A stretch of DNA of 64,000 nt, from positions 617,385 through 681,384 of the forward strand of contig JBAZSB010000001.1 in the NCBI GenBank assembly GCA_041662625.1, given 5' to 3'. The translations under genes and the position numbers were made by a program. The notes under the pieces were generated by a model. It searched no databases. It had not been told where the DNA came from and saw nothing but the letters and a program-made list of their open reading frames with translations. Below, piece by piece: positions 56,216 through 64,000 of the stretch. Numbering within the stretch: the first letter of the stretch is position 1; each line of letters starts with the position of its first letter. Source of the stretch: Patescibacteria group bacterium. GTDB taxonomy: Bacteria > Patescibacteriota > Patescibacteriia > Buchananbacterales > UBA6539.

Positions 56216-56432
56216 ATCAAATTCTGGTCTTGGCTCTATCCGCCGACTCAAATTCGAGATATCCCCCGTCATTAGCTATTGTAAAAAATAAAAACTTGGT
56301 ATAAGATAGAAATGTCGGGTGGAAAACAAGATAAGAATAAAATTAATTTTTAATTTAGAATTTAGAATTTTGATTCAATATTAAAATATTAGAATATTGA
56401 ATTAAAATTAGAATTTAAAAATTCTAGCTAGT

Positions 56433-57767
56433 ATGAATAATAATATCGAACTAAAGACAACTGAAAAAACAATCGAAAAGAAAAAATTTCTTTTTGTCTC
56501 TTATGATGCCTTAATCAGTGATATCGCCTGGCAAGTAATTAAGGAAGGTCATGAAGCCAAATATTATATCGAAAGTAAAATGGAAAATGATATTGCCGAC
56601 GGATTTGTTCCCAAAACCGATGACTGGGAAAAAGAATTGGATTGGGCCGATATCGTAATTTTTGATGATGTTTTAGGTATGGGTAAAATGGCCCAAAAAG
56701 CCCGCAAAAAAGGCAAATTAGTCATTGGTGGCACGCCCTATTCCGATATGCTGGAAGACGATCGCTCATTTGGCCAGGAAGAATTAAAAAGATTTGGTAT
56801 CCCTATCATCCCCTACCAAAGCTTTACCTCGTTTGACGAAGCCATCAGCTATGTCCAGCAAAATCCGGCCCGCTATGTCATCAAACCCAGTGGCGAAGCC
56901 CAAAACATCAAACTCTTCCTTTTTGTCGGTGCGGAAGATGACGGCAAAGATGTGATTCAGGTTTTAACTGCCTACAAAAAGATCGCTAAAAAAGAAATCC
57001 AGGTATTCCAGCTCCAGAGATGGGTCAATGGGGTCGAGGTGGCGGTTGGCGCTTTTTTCAACGGCAAAGAATTTGTTTACCCCATTAACGTTAATTTTGA
57101 ACATAAAAAACTATTCCCCAGAAACATCGGGCCTTCCACCGGCGAAATGGGCACCAGTATGTTTTGGAGCATGCCTAACCGCATCTTTAATCTGACCCTA
57201 AAAAAGATGGAGGCCAAACTAGCCGAAGAAGGCTATACTGGTTACATTGACCTCAGCTGTATTGTCAATAATAATGGGATTTATCCTTTGGAATTTACCG
57301 CCCGGTTCGGCTACCCCACCATCAGCATCCAGCAGGAAGGCATTTTAATGCCCATTTCTGAATTCCTTTATAAACTGGCGGAGGGTACTTTAACCAAATT
57401 TCGAACCCGAAGCGGTTTTCAAATCGGAGTCCGGATTGTGGCGCCGCCCTTTCCCTACGGCTCGGATATTAAAATTTTGGACAAACATTTCCGCGAAAAA
57501 GTTGTGATTTTCAAAAAACCGAATTTTGAAGGCGTTCATATTGAAGATGTAAAATTGGTTGACGGCGAATGGGTGCTAACCGGTACTTCTGGTGTATCCC
57601 TAATTATCGTCGGGTTGGGCCAGACAATGAAACAAGCTCAGCATCAGGTTTACCAAAGAATTACAAATGTTTTGATTCCGGATATGTATTACCGCACTGA
57701 TATCGGTGACCGCTGGTTTGAAGACAGCGACAAATTACACAACTGGGGTTATTTAAGAGAAGCCTAA
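56433..57767 (+). CDS. PurD-like ATP-grasp ligase
   Basis: LEDDRSFGQE, YVIKPSG, EHKKLF....GPSTGEMGT, LEFTARFGYP, YYRTDIG. Confidence 0.8.
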   Translation: MNNNIELKTTEKTIEKKKFLFVSYDALISDIAWQVIKEGHEAKYYIESKMENDIADGFVPKTDDWEKELDWADIVIFDDVLGMGKMAQKARKKGKLVIGGTPYSDMLEDDRSFGQEELKRFGIPIIPYQSFTSFDEAISYVQQNPARYVIKPSGEAQNIKLFLFVGAEDDGKDVIQVLTAYKKIAKKEIQVFQLQRWVNGVEVAVGAFFNGKEFVYPINVNFEHKKLFPRNIGPSTGEMGTSMFWSMPNRIFNLTLKKMEAKLAEEGYTGYIDLSCIVNNNGIYPLEFTARFGYPTISIQQEGILMPISEFLYKLAEGTLTKFRTRSGFQIGVRIVAPPFPYGSDIKILDKHFREKVVIFKKPNFEGVHIEDVKLVDGEWVLTGTSGVSLIIVGLGQTMKQAQHQVYQRITNVLIPDMYYRTDIGDRWFEDSDKLHNWGYLREA

Positions 57768-57879
57768 AAATTACTAGACATCAAACTCGCCGGTTCCCTT
57801 CGGACCGCTTTTTTGTTAAACTTTAAAGGTAAGTCATCTCTTTCTGACCATTATTAAATAAGTGAAATAAGCTAGTAGG

Positions 57880-58062
57880 CTCTACCCCCTCTCCCTGTCC
57901 CTCCCCCACCTTTCGATTCTGCTCAAGGTGGCCTTGAGCTTGCCAAAAGGCCGCAAGGGGGGAGGGGACGAGATTAATAGGTTCGATGTGGTATTAGTTG
58001 AAACTCATTAATATCGTTTCCCTCTCCCTTAATGGGAGAGGGAACAAGGGAGAGGGTGAGGA
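57880..58062. repeat. Composite REP-like palindromes
   Basis: GTCCCTCCCCC..GGGGGGAGGGGAC enclosing a CTCAAGG..CCTTGAG hairpin; CCCTCTCCC-TTAAT-GGGAGAGGG. Confidence 0.7.
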
Positions 58063-58086
58063 TAAGTATAACCCAATAGAAAATCT

Positions 58087-59220
58087 ATGGATTCAAAACA
58101 AAATAATTCAGACAACAATAAAGAACTTGAGAGACTGATGAGAGATTTTGGTAATGTGGCTAATGCTTTAGCGATGTATCCGCCCGGCCATCCCCTGGCC
58201 GTAAGCCAGCTAAACAAGCTCTACCAAAAAATCACCAGTGCTTTTGAATCCACTGATATGTTAGCCATCCACCAAGGGGAAGGAATTTTGATAATTAATG
58301 ACAAACAAATAGCGGCTAATACCCCTTCAATCAAAAAAATTGTTGAACATCTTAACGATTTCAAAGTGACTGATCTGGAAATAACTAAAGGAATCAGCCT
58401 TGAAGAATTAAAAAATTTTTTGGAAATTATTACTCATAGCCAAGAAAGTATGGGGATGTATCCGGATCTAAAAACCGCCTGCGAGAAGAATCAGATTACT
58501 CATATCCAGTCACTCCAAGCGGCCTATATCCGGGTGCCAAAAAACGTCAAAGATAAGCTAGGCGGAAAAATAGTCGGCGAACTAAAAATCAGCACTGATG
58601 AAATGAAACGTTTGGTTGCCTACCTGAAAGGAGAAGTCGCACTCCAACACCCTGGTGAGACCAAAATCTATAAAAAAGTTTTTGCCAAACCCGAACTTTT
58701 AAGCAATCTGGTTGATCAAATCATTGTTGAATCCGCCAATCAGGAGCCGGAAAAAAGGAAAAAACTGGTGATTGTGGTTTTAAATCAAATCGGCCGTTAT
58801 CTAGCCCAAGACTCAACTAACCCCAGCCGGCAAAACCAAAACGTTAAAATTATTGATGCTTTGGCTAAAGCGCTGAATGGTTCAAAAAACTTTATTGCCC
58901 TCGGTGCTGATAATAATCTGAAAAATGAAGTTAGCCAAACCGTAGAAAAAATCAAATCTTTGGTAAAAAATCAAACTTTAATGGCGGAATACGCCAAATA
59001 CCAAGAAAAATTTCAGGAAATCAAAACCAAACTCCAAAAAATTTCCCCTCAGCTGGTAGAACTGGATTTGCCCAAAACAGCCGGTAGCACCCCGGAACTA
59101 ACTAAACTACTCCAAGAAATCAAAAGTTTTTTGGAAAAAATAAAAGCCAGTAGAGCTCTGGCTGAAGCTGATATTAAAAACATTGATTCCCTACTGCTAA
59201 AACTAAAAAAATATCTCTAA
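58087..59220 (+). CDS. Hypothetical helical protein (MYPPGHP N-terminal motif)
   Basis: Long ORF; no catalytic motif recognised. Confidence 0.7.
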   Translation: MDSKQNNSDNNKELERLMRDFGNVANALAMYPPGHPLAVSQLNKLYQKITSAFESTDMLAIHQGEGILIINDKQIAANTPSIKKIVEHLNDFKVTDLEITKGISLEELKNFLEIITHSQESMGMYPDLKTACEKNQITHIQSLQAAYIRVPKNVKDKLGGKIVGELKISTDEMKRLVAYLKGEVALQHPGETKIYKKVFAKPELLSNLVDQIIVESANQEPEKRKKLVIVVLNQIGRYLAQDSTNPSRQNQNVKIIDALAKALNGSKNFIALGADNNLKNEVSQTVEKIKSLVKNQTLMAEYAKYQEKFQEIKTKLQKISPQLVELDLPKTAGSTPELTKLLQEIKSFLEKIKASRALAEADIKNIDSLLLKLKKYL

Positions 59221-59335
59221 TTTAGACAAACCCCGCACCTATATTTACTATTAATCTAATAGGTAGGCCAGGATCCCCATCCCGGCTGTCAATTTATACG
59301 CCAGCTAATCGCAGGCGGATTTTTAGACAAAGAGA

Positions 59336-59383
59336 AAACGGCCGAGTACCTTGTCTAGCTTGCGCTAGGGTACTCGGCCGTTT
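59336..59383 (-). terminator. Terminator-like hairpin downstream of the GC-rich operon
   Basis: AAACGGCCGAGTACC..GGTACTCGGCCGTTT. Confidence 0.7.
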
Positions 59384-59442
59384 CAATTCGTTTCGACTCG
59401 CCTCCGCCAAGTTGTTCACTCGGCAAATTGTGGTGAGTCAGG

Positions 59443-60825
59443 CTACTCCTTCGGCGGTGTCATCTTGACACCCATTCCGTAGAAGCCTTCTCGAAGCACC
59501 CCGACAATCTCGTCGAGTTTCTCCGAGTTCTTCGCGTTGACGTCAGCGTTGGCCTGGTTGGCTTTCGCATTCGCCTGGTTGGCATCGGCCACGTCTTTGG
59601 TCACCTTGACCAACTGCTCCATCGACTGGGCCGTCCGGTCAAGCGAATTGCCCACTCTGTCCAGCGTGTTGGACACCAGCCCATTCGCGCGGGCCGGATC
59701 CAAGCCGGATACGCCGATTGCTCGACCGTGCGCGCTCATCAGCGCTTCAACCGCCTCATTGACTTCCGACCCATCTCCGTCGGCGATGGCCTTGTAGACC
59801 ATGCGGTCCCAATGGACGTTCCGAGAGCCAATGACTTCGAGTTCGCCGTGATTGTCAAGGTAGACTTTGGCATGAAGCCGGTTGTCTACAACCTGGGCTC
59901 CTTCGATGTCCTCCTTGGTCGCTGCTGCTTCGGTGGCCTTCTTGGCGGGCTCGTCCTTGGCGGCCTTGGCCACTTCCGTAGCCTGAGCCTTGGCCTTCGC
60001 GTCGTCGGACGCCGCCTCCTTGTGTCTGGACCACCCGAACACCAAGCCGATAGCCAGGACGAGACAGGCAGCCACGATCAGGAAGCCTCTGTTCAACCAG
60101 AACGGTATCCCGGTGGCGACGCCTCCGTCTGCTGTCGGCTCGGGCCGATTGCGGTCCCGACGCGGCTGGCGTTCCTCGCGCGGCCGAAAGGGAAGATCCT
60201 CGTGTCCCCGCGGCTGGCGTTCCTCGTGTCCCCGACGTGACGGCGCTCTCCGACCACCGCGATCTTCCCGATCGCCAAGCGGTTCGAAGCCACCGTCCGG
60301 ATCGAAGCCACCGCCTCCATCGACGTCCGGATTAAACTCCGAACCGCCTTCGACTGGTTGCCCCGACGGAACAATGGTCGGGATCTCGAAACCGCCCTCG
60401 TCAGGATCCCCGCCACTTGTTGCAGCGGAGAAAAGCGGCGGCGGGGTTCGGCCGGCGGCAACGGGCCCTTCTTCATCCAGGCTGAGACGATTCTCATCAA
60501 GGAAGAGCGGGGGCGGGGTGGTGCCGACGGGCTGCTTGCCTTCTTCGGGGACATCTGCCAGCGGCACAAATCCGAACTGCTGATCTTCTTCCGCACCGGC
60601 AGTCGGAAAGGCTGTGCCAGCGGCAGCAGGAATTCCCGGTGCGGCTCCCCTCAATGCCTCGACGAAGGCTACTCCTGCCGGATCGGCACGAAAGTGTTCT
60701 TGATCGTCCGCTTGGAACAGGGCATCGAGATCACTCTGACCCATCCCGGACTCACTCCGTGCGTCGGTCACTTCTTGCCCCGGACCGGCTTCGGGATCTT
60801 TTGCTCCACTCGTGTTCTCGTCCAT
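59443..60825 (-). CDS. GC-rich single-TM protein with acidic low-complexity N-terminus and coiled C-terminus
   Basis: SD AAGGAG; TM FLIVAACLVLAIGLVFGW; repeats GRTPPPLF/GTTPPPLF and EERQPR. Confidence 0.7.
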   Translation of the reverse strand: MDENTSGAKDPEAGPGQEVTDARSESGMGQSDLDALFQADDQEHFRADPAGVAFVEALRGAAPGIPAAAGTAFPTAGAEEDQQFGFVPLADVPEEGKQPVGTTPPPLFLDENRLSLDEEGPVAAGRTPPPLFSAATSGGDPDEGGFEIPTIVPSGQPVEGGSEFNPDVDGGGGFDPDGGFEPLGDREDRGGRRAPSRRGHEERQPRGHEDLPFRPREERQPRRDRNRPEPTADGGVATGIPFWLNRGFLIVAACLVLAIGLVFGWSRHKEAASDDAKAKAQATEVAKAAKDEPAKKATEAAATKEDIEGAQVVDNRLHAKVYLDNHGELEVIGSRNVHWDRMVYKAIADGDGSEVNEAVEALMSAHGRAIGVSGLDPARANGLVSNTLDRVGNSLDRTAQSMEQLVKVTKDVADANQANAKANQANADVNAKNSEKLDEIVGVLREGFYGMGVKMTPPKE

Positions 60826-60858
60826 TACTCGACACTCCTTCTTGTAAGGCGGCTGGAT

Positions 60859-62082
60859 TCAGCCAACCGCCGGCCTGATTTCAACGTTCACTTCACTGCC
60901 ATTCACTACCATCAACCCAAGAGGGGCTTCCGGCCGATTCGTCTCTTCGAACACCAGGTTACTTTCCCATTTGCCGCTCTCCCCCTGGTGGATTTCATGG
61001 AGAGCGACTGCCCCAAACGATCCCTGCCGAACTTGAATCTTTCGGTAATCTTTGGGTAGCTTGTCGAAGACTACCTTGAACCGATCACCCTGATCGGCGA
61101 TTACCTTGGACCAGGTCCAACTGTCGAGGTCGTCGGGGTTGCCCGGCTTCACTGTCACCGTGTCCGTCTTCGGATGCGGCTTGGTGGGCCAGGTCGCCTT
61201 GGCAATGCTGGAACTGGTAGGAGCAGCAGCTACCTTCTCTTTGCTCGCAGGCAAAATTTGAGGTGGCTCTTCTTTTGGCGTTGCCGGTGGGCTCACCGAT
61301 GCGGCCAAATTGGGCTGCTCAACTACCTTCTGAATGGTATCAAATCGGATTTCTCCGCGCTTTACCAACCAGACACCATTCGAATCTGGTTGATACTGCT
61401 CGATCGGGACCATGTTAGCGGACATCCCGGTCTTGCCAGTCAAGCGAAAACTGGCATAAAGCGGCAGGTCGGGCCGAATCTCGAAAGTCGGGTCAACGAT
61501 CCACTTCCAGACCTTCTTCTTCTCACCCGACTGTTCGTCCACAACCTCTTCGATTACATTCCGATAGACCGGCGGGGTAACCTTGGGATCCCGGACGAAT
61601 TCGCCCGTTGTCTCATCCTTACGGAAGAACGGCTTGAGCTCCACGAGCTCGAAATCCGTCATCCCAGCCTGGATGAGTTCGAGCCGCTTTCCTGCCTGGT
61701 CGATATCCAAGAGGTCACCTGACATCTTGTCTGACGACGCAGCCAACGGATTACGGCCGGAAGTCAAACCGACCTTCTGCGACATTACTTGCAGTCGCGT
61801 TGGGCCAGTTCTGACCTCACTACTGACTTCGACTCCCAGATCCAGATTGGGTATACCGGGAAGGTTCACTTCCGGCACCTGCTGATCCAGGAGCGGCACG
61901 AGCAGCAGGAATGGCGTCGCCAAACAGGCCAACACCAACCATTTGCGTGCCCGCGTCTTCCAGAACAGTACAACCGCTACTGCCACCACCGCCATAATAG
62001 CCCCGGCCAAAGTGGTCAACCACCAAGCCAGAACCAAAACGGCTGCCAAAACGATGAATCGCCATATCCAGAACATGCTCAT
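60859..62082 (-). CDS. GC-rich membrane-anchored hypothetical protein
   Basis: N-terminal TM segments; ATGA overlap with the upstream gene. Confidence 0.7.
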   Translation of the reverse strand: MSMFWIWRFIVLAAVLVLAWWLTTLAGAIMAVVAVAVVLFWKTRARKWLVLACLATPFLLLVPLLDQQVPEVNLPGIPNLDLGVEVSSEVRTGPTRLQVMSQKVGLTSGRNPLAASSDKMSGDLLDIDQAGKRLELIQAGMTDFELVELKPFFRKDETTGEFVRDPKVTPPVYRNVIEEVVDEQSGEKKKVWKWIVDPTFEIRPDLPLYASFRLTGKTGMSANMVPIEQYQPDSNGVWLVKRGEIRFDTIQKVVEQPNLAASVSPPATPKEEPPQILPASKEKVAAAPTSSSIAKATWPTKPHPKTDTVTVKPGNPDDLDSWTWSKVIADQGDRFKVVFDKLPKDYRKIQVRQGSFGAVALHEIHQGESGKWESNLVFEETNRPEAPLGLMVVNGSEVNVEIRPAVG

Positions 62083-63245
62083 TCTCCTCGTCTCTTCCTA
62101 CCACCCGTCCCGCGGGTGGGTTTACTCGTTGGAATTTCTGTCTCTTCTGCGTCTTCAGCCACCTTCTCCTTACCACCGGCCTTGGCCCCAGACGAATCAA
62201 CACCGCCAAAGTCCAAGGTTACGGTTGGAAAACGGAGACCACCTTTCCCTGCTGCCAAGGTGTTTTGTAATCCCTCGGCAACCGGAAGAAAGATATTCCA
62301 CGGTGACTCGTCCGGCATCCCAGCGCCTTTCCTTAGGCTCTCCAATGCCTTACCGCGCTGAACTGCAGCCCGCGCACCCAACTCCGACTCGGTCACATGG
62401 GCCATTCCTGCCAGAACTTTTTCCAGAGGAAAGATGTTCTGGAAGCCAATGACTACCCTGATACCGAATCGTCCGATGTCGGGAACTTCCTCTTCAACGC
62501 CGCCGTTCATAATCTTGGTCGCGGCGTCGGCGAGTTGCATTAGTTCTCCCGCGTGGGCGATCTCAACTAACTCCACATCGGAGTAACCCGTTGTGACGTA
62601 GTTGATCGCGACTGACATAGCCTGAAGGATTACATCTTTCGATTTCCCCTTCAGGACGACAGCCCAGAGGATGGGATCAATCACTTCATACATCACGGTA
62701 GGATCCACATCAACCGGATTCGTTCTGGTGTTGGTCCGCACCCTCTTGGCATCAAGGCCTTGGGTTCGCATATCAACGACCTGAACTTCTACCCACAACA
62801 ATTCCGGCAGAACGATCATCTGCCAACCCTGACGCAAGTCTTGGTAGCTTCTCGCGTCCGAGGTATCATCACTTGGAGAAAATGAATTTCGTACCACCCA
62901 CGAAAACTTCTGGGGGATGTTACGAATTTCCACTAACCCAAGGATGACAATCCTCGTCATCAGGATCGGCTTACCGATTTCTTCATCCCGGCCGACTTCC
63001 TTCTTCTCCCAGAGGAAAAGAGGAACTCCTTGCTTCTGGCAGAACCACCGCCAGAAAAGGATTGCGCCACCAATCAGCGGCACAGCCACAGCGACAGTTA
63101 CCTTTGGGTTTTCACTCCACCCGAGGATAAACAGTGTCACTGCCAGCGCTAGCAGAACCAGCGCCTTGATCACTACCATTGCCAGTCTCATGTGTTTCGC
63201 TCCTTTCCAGAGTATCTCCAGGTCCCAAAGGACCTTACGTTGCAT
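62079..63245 (-). CDS. GC-rich SPFH/band-7-like membrane protein
   Basis: Two TM segments; VVDMRTQ, TNPVDVDPTVMYEVIDP, RFGIRV. Confidence 0.6.
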   Translation of the reverse strand: MQRKVLWDLEILWKGAKHMRLAMVVIKALVLLALAVTLFILGWSENPKVTVAVAVPLIGGAILFWRWFCQKQGVPLFLWEKKEVGRDEEIGKPILMTRIVILGLVEIRNIPQKFSWVVRNSFSPSDDTSDARSYQDLRQGWQMIVLPELLWVEVQVVDMRTQGLDAKRVRTNTRTNPVDVDPTVMYEVIDPILWAVVLKGKSKDVILQAMSVAINYVTTGYSDVELVEIAHAGELMQLADAATKIMNGGVEEEVPDIGRFGIRVVIGFQNIFPLEKVLAGMAHVTESELGARAAVQRGKALESLRKGAGMPDESPWNIFLPVAEGLQNTLAAGKGGLRFPTVTLDFGGVDSSGAKAGGKEKVAEDAEETEIPTSKPTRGTGGRKRRGE

Positions 63246-63485
63246 ACGGTTTCAGTCCACACTTCATCATAATTACTATACTTATATTGTCAAATTGCTG
63301 CCTTTTTCGCGCTAAAACAACAGAACAGCAATATTATATAATAGCATATTTTCAAAATTCTGTCAATATAAAATCGAAACTAAACTAAAAAAATCCCTAA
63401 TTTAAGGGAATTTTTTAAATTTTTTGCTAATTTAGGGTTATTTAAAAAATCTTATTTCTACCTATCAAATTTCAATATATAAGTC

Positions 63486-63887
63486 CTATTTACCTCCTGG
63501 AACACGAGTTTCTTCACCTCCTGGAACGGATGTTGCCCCGGTACTGCCCGTTATTGCCCCAAGTACAAAAGTCACAATCGCATAACTCATAAAAATAATC
63601 ACTAACCCAAAGGCCGCCCACATTACCATATCTTTGCCTTTTTTAATCTTTTCTTCACTGCCCGCCGCTATTACCCAGGTAAAACCACCTAAGATAAAGA
63701 CAAGTAGGGCCAGTGATCCGACAATACCCAAAAGCGCTTTAATTACATTACCAATTATGGCCCGCGGATCGGTTACACCGGATCCTAAGGGGTTAGGTAA
63801 TTCCACTGCCAAAACAACATTAAAATTCAAAAAAAACAAAAGAAGTAAAGTGGTAAAAAGAATAGTTCTTTTGATTCCTTTGGTCAT
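63486..63887 (-). CDS. CPR-type pilin (TrbC/VirB2-like)
   Basis: LPNPLG, IGNVIKALLGIVGSLALLVFI.GG..W..AAG.EEKIKKGK..M.WA..GL. Confidence 0.85.
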   Translation of the reverse strand: MTKGIKRTILFTTLLLLFFLNFNVVLAVELPNPLGSGVTDPRAIIGNVIKALLGIVGSLALLVFILGGFTWVIAAGSEEKIKKGKDMVMWAAFGLVIIFMSYAIVTFVLGAITGSTGATSVPGGEETRVPGGK

Positions 63888-64000
63888 ACTATAATTATAA
63901 GTTACCTCGTTTAGAGTGTCAACGTCACGAGATTAAGAAGCTATTTTCTTAGGCTCTGGATTTTTTTAATCTTAAATATGATCAAACCAAGACTTATAAT

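Noticed and set aside
43900-59300. Integron cassette array
   Set aside because: Genes lie on both strands with their own promoters; the AATCGCC..GGCGATT hairpins look like terminators; no intI or attC consensus seen
59537-62452. Many long + strand ORFs
   Set aside because: Antisense shadows of the GC-rich minus-strand genes

Overview
A low-GC bacterial chromosome segment using genetic code 11 (TGA acts as stop). Its gene content suggests Patescibacteria/CPR, probably Parcubacteria (inference): CPR-type pilin, cysteine-rich, LamG and WxL-like surface proteins, few biosynthetic genes, and mostly no Shine-Dalgarno (SD) motifs. Housekeeping genes include rpsU, hisS, lepB, der, pth, dprA, folC, topA, relA, parAB, glyQS, smpB, tmRNA, infC-rpmI-rplT and five intact tRNAs. 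Main observations: (1) a five-gene operon next to tRNA-Asp encoding four small paralogous 'GFF' winged-helix-like proteins plus a fifth copy fused to a HEPN/DUF4145-like domain, a candidate undescribed defence or toxin-antitoxin system; (2) four-helix-bundle (IVP-like) gene cassettes enclosed by inverted tandem-repeat arms, seen as full, decayed and empty forms, with an exact 16-nt motif upstream of the two gene-bearing forms; (3) duplicated tRNA-Asp and tRNA-fMet fragments interrupted by small palindromic inserts, mostly in the T-loop; (4) minus-strand promoter-cargo-terminator units carrying GC-rich SD-led orphan genes or structured non-coding sequence, including a ~400-nt ncRNA candidate; (5) a Hint domain inside a large surface protein; (6) an in-frame stop in der. 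All calls come from reading the sequence and recognising motifs; no database searches were run.
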